DNA of 64,000 bases from an uncultured Dehalococcoidia bacterium (lineage in GTDB: Bacteria; Chloroflexota; Dehalococcoidia; Lucifugimonadales; UBA2985): positions 4,923 to 68,922 of the forward strand of contig CAZOCC010000006.1 in assembly GCA_964578255.1 (NCBI GenBank). The letters run 5' to 3'. Positions 10,680 through 23,234 of this stretch are shown here, one piece after another. Under the pieces are notes generated by a model. The model was not told the DNA's origin and ran no database searches. It worked only from the letters and a program-made list of their open reading frames with translations. The position numbers and the translations under genes were made by a program. The stretch's first letter is position 1. Each line of letters starts with the position of its first letter.

Positions 10680-12968
10680 CTATTCTACGTCAGTATCATC
10701 TATGATGATGTCATCCTGATCTCTATCCAATATTTCCAGGCCAGCATACCGAAGTAACAATCTCTTTATACCCGTATTGCCACTGAAAGCAACCATGACT
10801 TCACAGTCATCACCAGTAACTTTTGAACTGACCACTACACCTTCACCAAATGTGTTATGCCTGACCTTTTGGCCATCACTCAGATAGTCGGTAGATTCCG
10901 TGAATTCCGGAACAGATCGATTCCGCTGCGTCAATATACTGTTTTTTCTTATTGAAAGCGGCATCGGTGAAATCAAGTGCATTGGGAGATCATGCAAAAA
11001 ACGCGATGGCCTGCGACTTCCACCGTCTTTATATCCTCTTTTGAAAGCCCTCATTATGTATAGTCTCTCTTGAGCTCTAGTCATACCTACGTAAAATAAA
11101 CGCCTTTCTTCCTCCAACTGGTTGGGATCATCAAAGGAGCGTATATGGGGCAACAATTCTTCTTCCAAACCAACTATAAAAACTATTGGGAATTCCAGAC
11201 CCTTAGCCTGGTGTAGAGTAATTAGGGTTACAGAATCACCATCATCCTCTAACATATCTACGTCGGACACCAATGCCACTCTTTGTAGAAATTCTGGCAA
11301 CACAACAGTTTCACCAATCTCATCCAACCAAACTGCCGTAGACCTCAACTCCTGAATATTCTCCCATCTGTCCCTACCTTGGTCTCCCTCATGAATTAAA
11401 TATTCCTTATAGCCTATTCCGCCTATTATCTGATCCATCAAGGCTGCCACTCCCAAATCATTGGCACCATCTATTAGTAGGTTCAAAGTCCCCAAAAAAC
11501 CCCGGACTGCCTTCGAAGATCTAGTATCCAGTGTCTTATCAATTCCAGATGAAGAATTAGTACCCTCTATAGATAGTTGCATGGCTGAATATATAGGTAT
11601 ATTCCTAGTTCTAGCTAAGTTGGATAAATACGTCAAAGTTTTTTGGCCAATGCCTCTAGGAGGAACATTCATGATTCTATTCAAGCTGATGTCGTCATAA
11701 GGATTATTGATAACTCTAAGATAACTTATAAGATCCTTGATTTCTTTACGTTGATAAAATCTCAGGCCTCCAATGAGCTTATATGGCATTCTGTATCTGA
11801 GACACATCTCCTCAAGTGATCGGGATTGTGCATTTACACGATACATCACTGCGCAATCCCGCAGACTATATTTCTCATCCTGAATCAGGCGCTGTATTTC
11901 TTTAATAACATCTTGTGCCTCATCTTCAGCATTCAGTGCTTCACCCACATAAACCGGGCTTCCTTCGTCATTTTGGGTAACTAAAACTTTATCAATTCTA
12001 TTTACGTTAGGACTTATGACCTCGCGGGCGGCCTCCAATATATTCTGAGTGGACCTATAATTCTGGTTTAGATTTATAACTTTGGCTTCTGGATAATCTC
12101 TCTGAAAAGACAGAATATTACGTATATCAGCATTTCTCCAGGAGTATATGGATTGATCCGGATCACCTACCACACAAATATTTCTTTGAGATCCTGCAAT
12201 CTGCCGGGCAATAGCATATTGGGCTATATTGGTGTCCTGAAACTCATCAACCAGTATATGAAGATACTTAGACTGATATTTTTGTAGGGTATCCGGATCA
12301 TCTCTGAATAAAACGTAAGTTTTGAGCAGTAAATTGTCAAAATCCACAGCATTATTCTGACTTAACATACCTTCATAAAGCGGATAAATGGTACGTACCG
12401 CAGTGTCTAGAGGATTAGAGTCACTAGGAACAAAATATTGGTACTCTATCAGCCGGCTTTTAGCATTGGATATGCCAGACAGTAACGCTCTAGGCGGTAG
12501 ACGTTTAGGATCTAGTCCAGCTATCTCCATAGCCCTGTTGATCAGATTTATCTGATCCTCCTGATCAAATATTACAAACGATCTATTTAGTCCCACCTTT
12601 TCAGCATTATCCCTAAGGATTGAAGCACAAAAAGAATGAAACGTGGCTACAGCTAAATCCTGCTTCATCCGTTGCCATTCAGGAAGGAGAGCAGTGTCAG
12701 ACAAATTGTCCTGTCTTCCGAAAAGCCTATCCCTCATCTCACGAGCTGCTTTATTGGTAAAGGTAACTGCTGCTATCCGACTTGGGTCCACAGCACATTC
12801 CCGTACCAAAAATGCAATACGGCTGGTAATGACCCTCGTCTTTCCACTACCTGGACCTGCCAGAATGAGTAAGGGTCCTTGCTTGGTCATTACAGCATCG
12901 GATTGGCTTGGATTAAGACCACTAAGAAATTCCATATCAATGAATACAATTATACACCCGTATAACAT
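10680..12968 (-). CDS. pcrA: ATP-dependent DNA helicase PcrA/UvrD family
   Basis: Walker A GPGSGKTRV, motif II DEFQDTN, and a UvrD C-terminal helicase domain with a Tudor-like tail. The true start is probably the internal MEFLSGLNPSQ. Confidence 0.9.
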   Translation of the reverse strand: MLYGCIIVFIDMEFLSGLNPSQSDAVMTKQGPLLILAGPGSGKTRVITSRIAFLVRECAVDPSRIAAVTFTNKAAREMRDRLFGRQDNLSDTALLPEWQRMKQDLAVATFHSFCASILRDNAEKVGLNRSFVIFDQEDQINLINRAMEIAGLDPKRLPPRALLSGISNAKSRLIEYQYFVPSDSNPLDTAVRTIYPLYEGMLSQNNAVDFDNLLLKTYVLFRDDPDTLQKYQSKYLHILVDEFQDTNIAQYAIARQIAGSQRNICVVGDPDQSIYSWRNADIRNILSFQRDYPEAKVINLNQNYRSTQNILEAAREVISPNVNRIDKVLVTQNDEGSPVYVGEALNAEDEAQDVIKEIQRLIQDEKYSLRDCAVMYRVNAQSRSLEEMCLRYRMPYKLIGGLRFYQRKEIKDLISYLRVINNPYDDISLNRIMNVPPRGIGQKTLTYLSNLARTRNIPIYSAMQLSIEGTNSSSGIDKTLDTRSSKAVRGFLGTLNLLIDGANDLGVAALMDQIIGGIGYKEYLIHEGDQGRDRWENIQELRSTAVWLDEIGETVVLPEFLQRVALVSDVDMLEDDGDSVTLITLHQAKGLEFPIVFIVGLEEELLPHIRSFDDPNQLEEERRLFYVGMTRAQERLYIMRAFKRGYKDGGSRRPSRFLHDLPMHLISPMPLSIRKNSILTQRNRSVPEFTESTDYLSDGQKVRHNTFGEGVVVSSKVTGDDCEVMVAFSGNTGIKRLLLRYAGLEILDRDQDDIIIDDTDVE

Positions 12969-13111
12969 ATGTCATAAGCATATCTAGCAACATGCTAGGA
13001 TCTGGATATTTCAGTGTATTTGTAACATCAAAACATAGACCTAGACTCAGTAGCTAGTTATACTTGTACGCAAGAAAGCATGCTACAAATCTTCTGTTAT
13101 GGAGACTTATA

Positions 13112-14422
13112 ATGGCGGACATTAGACCTTTCAAAGGACTGCGATACAATCCTTCATTGGACTCAAGTCTTGGGGATCTGCTATGCCCTCCTTATGATGT
13201 AATATCAAATGAACTGCAAGACCAACTATACAAACTTAGCCCTCACAATGCTATTCGCCTAGAGTTTGGTAAAATCTCTAACGCAGACTCTGACCAAGAC
13301 AATAGGTACACCAGAGCTTCTTCACTATTGGATGAATGGATAGAAAATGGAGTTTTGCTCCAGGAATCCTATGATTCTTTCTACTTAATTCAAGAAATTT
13401 TTGTTAACCAGGAAGAATCCATAACCAGACTATCTCTATTAGCTACCGTGAAACTGGAAGAATTCTCAGAACGCGTAGTGCTGCCACATGAAGAAACTTC
13501 AACTGGCCCAAAACTCGACAGAATGGAACTACTATCAACGACTAAAACTAATCTTAGCCCTATCATGAGTATATACCGCGACAACAGTGGTTCCATACGA
13601 GGTATCATGGAAAAAACCCTCCAGAGTTCACCAATGTCCCAAGCCAATTATCAAGGCACAAATATAAGCGTCTGGGAAATATCCGACAGATCTGATACAG
13701 ACACTATCATCAACTCCTTCCAAGATGCTCCCGTGTATTTGGCAGATGGACACCACAGATACGAAACAGCTCTTAGCTACAAAGCGGCGCGCCATAAAGA
13801 CCATATCCCAGAAAAGGACTCTGATAAAAATATTGAGCCATTCAATTTTGTAATGATGTCTCTTATAGAAATAGACGACCCCGGTTTGTTGGTATTACCA
13901 TATCATCGAGCCCTCAGAGGCATGACAGATAATCATATGGAAGTGATCATGACGCTTCTATATGAGAACTTCGATCTAACGGCTAAAATCGAGATTGGTA
14001 GAAACAAAAATTCCATGGAGTTGATTCAACACCAACTAGAACAATTACCTGCAGATTCACCAGCTATTTGCTTGCTGGAAAGCAGCACCAAGACTGCTCA
14101 TATCATGACACTTAAGCCATATTTGGTGGATGAATCTCCTCTCAGTAGATGTACCACTCAAGTGCTCGGCAAAAGAATATTGGAGCCGGTTTTCGAAACC
14201 CAACAAAAAGCGGTCGAAAATCAGATCCTGCACTTTACACATAACGCGGAGGAAGTAGAAGATTTACTATTAACTTCAGACTACCAGCTAGGATTTATAC
14301 TGCCTCAACTAACATTGGATCTTTTCGAAGAAGTGGTCTTGGCCGGATTTCGCATGCCCCTGAAATCAACCTATTTCATCCCTAAGTTGCCTTCAGGTCT
14401 TGTAATGAATAAACTTGGGTGA
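13112..14422 (+). CDS. DUF1015 family protein
   Basis: MADIRPFKGLRYNP is the DUF1015 N-terminal signature, with ADGHHRYETAL further in. The ATG at 13112 is preceded by GGAGA. The ORF track extends to 13064. Confidence 0.8.
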   Translation: MADIRPFKGLRYNPSLDSSLGDLLCPPYDVISNELQDQLYKLSPHNAIRLEFGKISNADSDQDNRYTRASSLLDEWIENGVLLQESYDSFYLIQEIFVNQEESITRLSLLATVKLEEFSERVVLPHEETSTGPKLDRMELLSTTKTNLSPIMSIYRDNSGSIRGIMEKTLQSSPMSQANYQGTNISVWEISDRSDTDTIINSFQDAPVYLADGHHRYETALSYKAARHKDHIPEKDSDKNIEPFNFVMMSLIEIDDPGLLVLPYHRALRGMTDNHMEVIMTLLYENFDLTAKIEIGRNKNSMELIQHQLEQLPADSPAICLLESSTKTAHIMTLKPYLVDESPLSRCTTQVLGKRILEPVFETQQKAVENQILHFTHNAEEVEDLLLTSDYQLGFILPQLTLDLFEEVVLAGFRMPLKSTYFIPKLPSGLVMNKLG

Positions 14423-14499
14423 TCTCATGGAAATAAAGTCCATATGAACTCCACTAAATATATTGTCGGCAATTATCAGCCTATACCAACCTAGCCTGA

Positions 14500-16569
<2,070 letters not shown>

Positions 16570-16749
16570 TATAGATTACCGAGCACTGATCATTCATGAC
16601 AAGAAAAACAATCAATCCCGAAAGAAGCCGTATTATAAGGAGGACACTGTGAATGCCAATATCATAAAATTGCATTACCGGTACTACTTGTATATCATTC
16701 GAAACCCCTACATGCCCTGCATGCAAGTGAATATCAGGATTACTAAGAA

Positions 16750-17310
16750 ATGAAAATGTTCGTAGGCTTAGGTAACCCTGGTAGGAAATATGCCAACTCC
16801 AGGCATAATATTGGATTCACATCGATAGATGAAATATCTAAATCCCTAGGTATTCCAATAAAAGAGAAAAGACGTTTAGCTACAATAGGCCTAGGTAACA
16901 TAGAAAACGAGGGCATTTTACTGGCAAAACCCCTCACTTTCATGAATAGTAGCGGTGAAGCCGTTACCTATTTAATAAATCGATTCCATATATGCTTAAA
17001 GGACATACTAATTCTTTATGACGATATGGATTTACCAGCTGGCAAAATAAGGATAAGACCTTCAGGTTCTGCTGCGGGTCATAACGGCATGAAGTCTATA
17101 ATCCAAGCTGTCGGGACTATCGATATACCACGATTGCGGATAGGCATAGGACATCCTCCACCAAATAAAGATGAAATAGACTTTGTCCTGGCCAATTTCG
17201 ACAAAAGTGAATCCGTATTAATCAAGAGCGCACTTGAACAGACCAAACAGGCATCCATAGATCTAGCTATCCACGGCATAGAATGGACTATGAATAACCA
17301 TAATAGCTGA
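16750..17310 (+). CDS. pth: peptidyl-tRNA hydrolase
   Basis: MKMFVGLGNPG, RHNIGF and GHNGMKS. Confidence 0.95.
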   Translation: MKMFVGLGNPGRKYANSRHNIGFTSIDEISKSLGIPIKEKRRLATIGLGNIENEGILLAKPLTFMNSSGEAVTYLINRFHICLKDILILYDDMDLPAGKIRIRPSGSAAGHNGMKSIIQAVGTIDIPRLRIGIGHPPPNKDEIDFVLANFDKSESVLIKSALEQTKQASIDLAIHGIEWTMNNHNS

Positions 17311-17348
17311 GTAGGCTTAAATAATCCTGATTCCTACGATATTAGAGA

Positions 17349-17427
17349 TGGTGCCCTCAAGGGGATTCGAACCCCTGATCTCCACCTTGAAAGGGTGGCG
17401 TCCTAGGCCAGCCTAGACGATGAGGGC
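17349..17427 (-). tRNA. tRNA-Glu (anticodon UUC), encoded CCA
   Basis: Reverse complement is GCCCTCA...CCACC-CUUUCAA-GGTGG...AGGGG-TTCGAAT-CCCCT-TGAGGGC-A-CCA. Confidence 0.9.
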
Positions 17428-17495
17428 AAGAACACTTATGGTGTCTTCCTTAACAACTCTGTAAGCAAAACCTGTACCATTCTAGTGAAACTATG

Positions 17496-18533
17496 TCAAG
17501 GATACAGGGCCAATTGCTCTAATCCTTCTTGTTCCCTTATACCCAACATAATGTTCATATTCTGGATAGCCTGACCCGCCGCCCCTCGCACCAGATTATC
17601 TAAACAACTTATCACTATTAGTCTACCAGTTCGTTCATCTATTGTAGGGTAAATAATGCAGTCGTTACTACCCAAGGTGTGTTTTGTCATAGGAGGAGAA
17701 TCCACCACTTTAACGAAAGGATCGTCTTTGTAAAAGTCTCTGTAAAGGGCTCTTATTTGATCCTCCCCCATTTTCCCTCTAACTGACCCACCGTCACCCA
17801 GAGTAGCATAACAAGAACTCAGTATGCCACGTGTCATGGGAATCAAATGGGGCAGAAAGGTTATGTTGGGATCAAACCCAGAGCGCAATTTGCTTACTTC
17901 CTGGGTGATTTCAGGTAAATGTCTATGCCCGCCAACAGCATAGGCCGACACATTCTCGTTGACTTCAGAAAAATGAGTATTGAGACTTAAACCTCTGCCA
18001 GCTCCAGAGACACCAGATTTGGAGTCAATTATTATTCCCTCCTGGATTATGCCCTCCCTAACAGCTGGGGCCAGGGCCAATATAGCTCCAGTAGGATAAC
18101 ATCCTGGATTAGCCACCAAAACAGCGGATTTTATAGACTGCCTGTTAAGTTCTGGAAGACCATAAACCGATTTACCCAATAGATTTGGCCTAGGATGTTC
18201 AACTCCATACCAGGTCTGGTATTCGGAAGCAGAGTTCAGGCGAAAATCTGCACTGATATCTATAGATTTGACTGATTTCTCTACAAATGGTATCAAGGCC
18301 TCCGCGCTACTGGTTTGAGGCAGAGCAGAGAAAACCACATCGACACTCTCAGTTACCTCATTATCTATAGTCAACTCTATGTCGGATAAATGTGGAAATG
18401 CCTGGCCAAGTTCCTGTCCAGCAGCACTCCTGCCGGTCACTTGCCGTAACGTCACTTCAGGATGACCACGAATTATACGGGCCAACTCTATCCCAGCATA
18501 TCCAGTTACGTTTATTATTGCTACATTAATCAT
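17496..18533 (-). CDS. argC: N-acetyl-gamma-glutamyl-phosphate reductase
   Basis: 345 aa. NVTGYAG Rossmann start and active-site ANPGCYPTG. Confidence 0.95.
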   Translation of the reverse strand: MINVAIINVTGYAGIELARIIRGHPEVTLRQVTGRSAAGQELGQAFPHLSDIELTIDNEVTESVDVVFSALPQTSSAEALIPFVEKSVKSIDISADFRLNSASEYQTWYGVEHPRPNLLGKSVYGLPELNRQSIKSAVLVANPGCYPTGAILALAPAVREGIIQEGIIIDSKSGVSGAGRGLSLNTHFSEVNENVSAYAVGGHRHLPEITQEVSKLRSGFDPNITFLPHLIPMTRGILSSCYATLGDGGSVRGKMGEDQIRALYRDFYKDDPFVKVVDSPPMTKHTLGSNDCIIYPTIDERTGRLIVISCLDNLVRGAAGQAIQNMNIMLGIREQEGLEQLALYP

Positions 18534-18751
18534 CTAAAAATACCTCTACTTGAATACCAGAGCCACCAGTATAATGCTTGGGATCACTGTGGGCAACATC
18601 CAGCACATTTTGACCCTCCAGACTTTCCTGCAATTAGTCTGGCTCTCACGTGGTAGTTAGCACTTTAGTTTATATCAGGATAATCAGTATTTAATCACCG
18701 GCAAAGTGTAATTGAATCAGGGAGGTTTTTCTCAATCACACTTTAACAATA

Positions 18752-19453
18752 TCAATATATTACCGATGGACACAACTGATTGAATATACAATCGGCGCAA
18801 AGTGGATTGCGAGCTTTACACGTTTGCCTACCATGATTAATGAGGTATACATGGAAAGCATAAACCTGGTCAGATTCGACAACATCTTCCAAAATATTAT
18901 GAGCGTCGTTCACGGTAATCTTCGGACCTATCAGGCCTAGCCTCCTACTAACTCTATAAATGTGAGTATCTACCGGCATAGCAGGCATGCCGAAAGCAAA
19001 TGAAAGAACTATAGCTGCGGTCTTAGGCCCGACGCCAGGTAATCTTTTTAGCCATGTTTTTGCCTCCTCTAAGGGCATTTCCATCAGAAAAGAAAGGTCA
19101 AAGCTACCTATTTCAGTCAGAATGGCATTCAACACTGCCTTGATTCTTGGGGCCTTCACTTTAGACAGCCCCCCCATCTTAATTGAGTCGGCTAAGTATG
19201 AATCATCTGCATCAATCACATCTTCCCAATTCGGGAAAGTTTTTATTAGACTGTCAAATGCCCTGAAGGAGTTTATGTCCGAAGTATGTTGTGACAGTAT
19301 AGTGAACACCAGTTCTTCTATACCATCATATCTTGGTTCCCATAGGACATGCCCCTGCTGGTTCTCCAGCATATTGAAAACAACTTGAGGTTCTACATGT
19401 GATTTTGATTTATATGGAACCACTGACTTAATATTAACCTGGGTTGTTTTCAA
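18752..19453 (-). CDS. nth: endonuclease III-like HhH-GPD DNA glycosylase with a 4Fe-4S cluster
   Basis: HhH LPGVGPKTA, VDTH, and cluster loop C-x6-C-x2-C-x5-C (CKARNPLCADCIFNQLC). Confidence 0.85.
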   Translation of the reverse strand: MKTTQVNIKSVVPYKSKSHVEPQVVFNMLENQQGHVLWEPRYDGIEELVFTILSQHTSDINSFRAFDSLIKTFPNWEDVIDADDSYLADSIKMGGLSKVKAPRIKAVLNAILTEIGSFDLSFLMEMPLEEAKTWLKRLPGVGPKTAAIVLSFAFGMPAMPVDTHIYRVSRRLGLIGPKITVNDAHNILEDVVESDQVYAFHVYLINHGRQTCKARNPLCADCIFNQLCPSVIY

Positions 19454-19539
19454 TGACCTTTTGTCCTATGAAGGTGACAATCTATCTCTGTATTTTGAAT
19501 GTATTCTGACACATGTCAGCTAGGGTCAACCACGAATCT

Positions 19540-19614
19540 TGGAGCGGGAGATGGGATTCGAACCCACGACGTCCGCCTTGGAAGGGCGGAGCTCTTCCGC
19601 TGAGCTACTCCCGC
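19540..19614 (-). tRNA. tRNA-Gly (anticodon UCC), encoded CCA
   Basis: Reverse complement is GCGGGAG-TA-GCTC...CCGCC-CUUCCAA-GGCGG...GTGGG-TTCGAAT-CCCAT-CTCCCGC-T-CCA. Confidence 0.9.
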
Positions 19615-19798
19615 AATAAAACCGAGCCATAAATATGTGCCAGCCTTTAGTTTTAGATATTCGTAACCTCATATAAAGATATAAGGGCTAAGCCGTAGAT
19701 CATGACATTATAACAGTGAGTAATATGGTAGTCGATCAAATTAATTATGGATAGGGGATAGCCAATATCTAATCCAAACTTTACAATGAACTCTGATT

Positions 19799-20197
19799 AT
19801 GGTTTATCTCCAAGCAAAATACGTAAATGAAATGTTTAACCATGCCTTTCAGGACGACCCAAACGAGTGTTGCGGCATATTGGCAGGTGAGTCTGGTGAA
19901 GTGAAGAAACTCTACCGTATGACCAATCCTGAAGCTAGCCCTTACAGATATAGAATGGACTCCAAAGAATTACTGAATGTTTATAACGAAATAGACGATC
20001 AAGGCTGGGAGATATTAGCTATATATCACTCGCACACACATTCTGAAGCCTACCCTTCAGCGACAGATATAAGATTGGCTACTTGGCCTGATTCTCTATA
20101 TTTGCTAATTTCGTTATTGGACAAGCAAAAACCTATATTAAGAGCTTTCCACATTCAGAATGGTGAGGTGAGTGAGGAATCTATAGAGACGGACTAG
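19799..20197 (+). CDS. JAMM/MPN+ (Mov34) metalloprotease, Mec/CysO-hydrolase-like
   Basis: Catalytic Glu context ECCGILAG and the JAMM motif HSHTHSEAYPSATD (HxHx7Sx2D). Confidence 0.8.
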   Translation: MVYLQAKYVNEMFNHAFQDDPNECCGILAGESGEVKKLYRMTNPEASPYRYRMDSKELLNVYNEIDDQGWEILAIYHSHTHSEAYPSATDIRLATWPDSLYLLISLLDKQKPILRAFHIQNGEVSEESIETD

Positions 20198-20252
20198 CTA
20201 TAGGCCGGTAATGTATGCCCTAATCTATGAGGATTAAACATGGAGGTTCAAC

Positions 20253-21542
20253 TTGAGCTTTGTAACTGCTTCCACTTTTCCATATACGGCGGAGATCAAT
20301 AACCGCAACAATCTAAGCATAGGCGGTTGTGACGTTGTAGAGTTAGCAAAGGAGTTTGGAACACCCCTGTATGTATTCGATGAAGTGACATTACGCAGGA
20401 AGTGTCAGGAATTCCTGAATGGTTTTCGAGATGTATATCAGAACAGTTCTGTGATATATGCCTCCAAAGCATTCGTTAATGTTCCCATAGCCCAATTGAT
20501 GAAAGAGGAAGGTCTTGGAATAGACGTGGTCTCCGGCGGGGAACTAGCAGTGGCGCAAAGGGCACAATTCCCGGCTAACAATATCTATTTTCACGGCAAC
20601 AACAAAAGCCGCGATGAACTTGCCATGGCTTTAAAATACGGCGTTGGTAGAATTGTAGTTGATAATTTTCACGAGTTAGATCTACTGAGTTCTATCGCTG
20701 ATGACATGGGAATTAAGCAAGACATATTGCTAAGAGTTTCCCCAGGGATAGACCCACATACCCACGCTTATACAACCACCGGTGTGTTAGACAGTAAATT
20801 CGGATTCCCCATACAAACTGGGGATGCGGCCAAGGCAGTAGAATTAGCATCGAATTCCGCCAATTTGAACATTATAGGACTTCACTTCCATCTGGGTTCG
20901 CCAATATTTGAACTAGACCCCTATACTAAAGCTATGGAACTGACCTTGGAATTTGCTAATGAGATTGGTTTGCCAATTCAAGAAATTAGTCCTGGCGGAG
21001 GATTCGCTATATCCTACACTAGAGACCAATATCCCCCTTCCATAGAACAGTACGCCACAGCAATAAGCGCCCCATTGAGTCACTTTAAAAACATTCGGCT
21101 AGTAGTTGAACCTGGTAGGGCCATTGTTGGCAGATCTGGTGTCGCCATTTACAGTGTGGGCTCATCAAAGGACATTCCCGGAGTTAGGAAGTATGTTTCC
21201 ATTGACGGTGGAATGGGTGACAATATTAGGCCCGCATTGTATCAAGCTCAGTACGAAGCTGTAGTAGCTAATAAAATGAAGGACGAAGACTTGGAAAGCG
21301 TATCAATCGCAGGGAAATTCTGCGAATCTGGGGATATCCTGTTGAGAGACGTCCTCTTCCCTCGATTGGAACCAGACGATATTCTCGCAATACCTGCGTC
21401 AGGAGCCTATGCTCCATCTATGGCTAGCAACTACAACCTGGTACCTCGACCAGCGATAGTCATGGTTAAAGATGGCCATACAAGATATCTCAGATACCGA
21501 GAAACCTATGACGATCTTATGAGAAACGACACGCCATTATGA
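20253..21542 (+). CDS. lysA: diaminopimelate decarboxylase
   Basis: PLP Lys context IYASKAF, EPGRAIVG and CESGD. TTG start lies 6 nt after GGAGG. Confidence 0.95.
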   Translation: MSFVTASTFPYTAEINNRNNLSIGGCDVVELAKEFGTPLYVFDEVTLRRKCQEFLNGFRDVYQNSSVIYASKAFVNVPIAQLMKEEGLGIDVVSGGELAVAQRAQFPANNIYFHGNNKSRDELAMALKYGVGRIVVDNFHELDLLSSIADDMGIKQDILLRVSPGIDPHTHAYTTTGVLDSKFGFPIQTGDAAKAVELASNSANLNIIGLHFHLGSPIFELDPYTKAMELTLEFANEIGLPIQEISPGGGFAISYTRDQYPPSIEQYATAISAPLSHFKNIRLVVEPGRAIVGRSGVAIYSVGSSKDIPGVRKYVSIDGGMGDNIRPALYQAQYEAVVANKMKDEDLESVSIAGKFCESGDILLRDVLFPRLEPDDILAIPASGAYAPSMASNYNLVPRPAIVMVKDGHTRYLRYRETYDDLMRNDTPL

Positions 21543-21563
21543 AAAGTTAAGCTATAGATATTT

Positions 21564-22595
21564 ATGTGGAATTTGGCGGGCCATGAAAAAGCAATACGAT
21601 TATTATCCTCAATGTTGTTGAAGGATATGGTCTCCCATGCATATCTCTTCCATGGACCAGCACGGATAGGAAAAACAACACTGGCAATAACCGTTGCTAT
21701 GGCAATAAATTGTGTTGATGTCAGTAAAAGCAGGCCATGTGGAGAATGCAGCCAGTGTGAGCGTATAACTTCTGGTAATCATCCTGACGTGCAAGTCATT
21801 GAAGTCATGTCTAATGAAGAAATCAAGGGCATAGACCAAATACGAGATATTCAACACAGCTCCAGCCTAAAACCTTATGAGGGTGAACGTAGGATATTCA
21901 TATTGCCGGAAATATCTCAACTTAGTATTCAAGCTTCCAATGCTTTACTAAGATTATTAGAGGAACCTCCTGAAAAAGTTACATTCCTATTAACCAGTAC
22001 AAACTTGGAGAGTGTAATACCAACGATCTTGTCACGCTGTCAAATAATCGGTACCAAAAGAGTACCAGACGATGAGATAATTGATTACTTGACAAGCCAT
22101 TTTGGCATTACGCCAGGTGATGCCACACACATTGCAAGAATATCTCAAGGTCAAGTAGGCTGGGCTATAGAGGCTTCGACTAACCCTGAATTGTTGGAGG
22201 ATTATGATTCATCTTTGAGTCTGATGGACTCTATTCTAATAGGTAATCTAGATAAGCGCTTCAAACACGCAGAGGAAATGGCATCCACATACACTCGAAA
22301 TCGCCACAAAGCCCTGCAGCAACTGTCTATAGGTATAGCTTGGTGGCGGGACATATTAATGTTGAAAGAATCAATAGAAGGATCGGTGTGTAATTTTCCA
22401 ATAAAAGCATCCCTAAGGCGACATTCCAAACATATCGAGCTGTCGGATATAGTAGCAACGATCAAAGCATTCCAAAACACCATCCGATACCTAGAATCAA
22501 ACGTCAATCCTAGGCTCGCATTCGAAGCCCTGGTATTGAATATTCCTATACTGCGGGAATTTAAAACTCCAACTGCTTCGGTCACTCAAAACTAG
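21564..22595 (+). CDS. holB: DNA polymerase III delta-prime subunit
   Basis: HAYLFHGPARIGKTTLA (AAA+ P-loop-like), Zn module CGECSQCERITSGNHPD, and SRCQ. Confidence 0.8.
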   Translation: MWNLAGHEKAIRLLSSMLLKDMVSHAYLFHGPARIGKTTLAITVAMAINCVDVSKSRPCGECSQCERITSGNHPDVQVIEVMSNEEIKGIDQIRDIQHSSSLKPYEGERRIFILPEISQLSIQASNALLRLLEEPPEKVTFLLTSTNLESVIPTILSRCQIIGTKRVPDDEIIDYLTSHFGITPGDATHIARISQGQVGWAIEASTNPELLEDYDSSLSLMDSILIGNLDKRFKHAEEMASTYTRNRHKALQQLSIGIAWWRDILMLKESIEGSVCNFPIKASLRRHSKHIELSDIVATIKAFQNTIRYLESNVNPRLAFEALVLNIPILREFKTPTASVTQN

Positions 22596-22616
22596 GCTGG
22601 CAACTTAGCAATAAAC

Positions 22617-23234
22617 TCATGGTTCAGCTAATTCTGCTTCTAGAATATCTAGCGCAACCTCAAAATCATCTGGGATAAAACCCAAGGTGTCTGCCGGAAT
22701 ACCAGACCGAATATCAATAAATCCCCTCACAATTATTGAATCCAATAAAGAAGAGTTCAATTTCTCTTGCAAGCCCGCCCTGTCAATCAGGGTCTCCAAG
22801 GGGAGTTCCATAATTGACTGATCTGAAGGCAGATCCAACAGCACATCAGGAAGATCGTTGGAATACCTTGCGGACACCGTAATCAGCGCACCAGATAACA
22901 ACAATCCCATTGTCAAACCCAAAGCAATAGATCCTAAAGTATCCACCCAACCCAGAAAAACCATTTTCATTACGTCTTTAACCAAGCGTCGAAGTATTTG
23001 AAAGCCAATGAATACAGTACAGATTATTGCCACATATGAAATGACCGTGGCCAAAGTATCACTAGAGATAGATTCGGTCATTAGGTCTGATATGTTGTCA
23101 CTGAATCTACCTGCCAGCAACACCCCAAATAACAGACCAGCCGTAGCGAAGATTGCCCCAAATAATCCTATCCGCCATCCAGTCATAAAACCGACAGCCC
23201 ATGTGCCTATAGCCAGAAAATCAAACCAGTTCAT
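22617..23234 (-). CDS. CvpA-family membrane protein
   Basis: MNWFDFLAIG N-terminus and four predicted TM helices typical of the colicin V production protein family. Confidence 0.7.
   Translation of the reverse strand: MNWFDFLAIGTWAVGFMTGWRIGLFGAIFATAGLLFGVLLAGRFSDNISDLMTESISSDTLATVISYVAIICTVFIGFQILRRLVKDVMKMVFLGWVDTLGSIALGLTMGLLLSGALITVSARYSNDLPDVLLDLPSDQSIMELPLETLIDRAGLQEKLNSSLLDSIIVRGFIDIRSGIPADTLGFIPDDFEVALDILEAELAEP

Noticed and set aside
12986-13000. Palindrome CTAGCA-aca-TGCTAG between divergent pcrA and DUF1015 as an SOS (LexA) box
   Set aside because: It does not resemble known LexA box consensus sequences (CGAAC-N4-GTTCG / CTGT-N8-ACAG types). A 6-bp arm is short enough to arise by chance.
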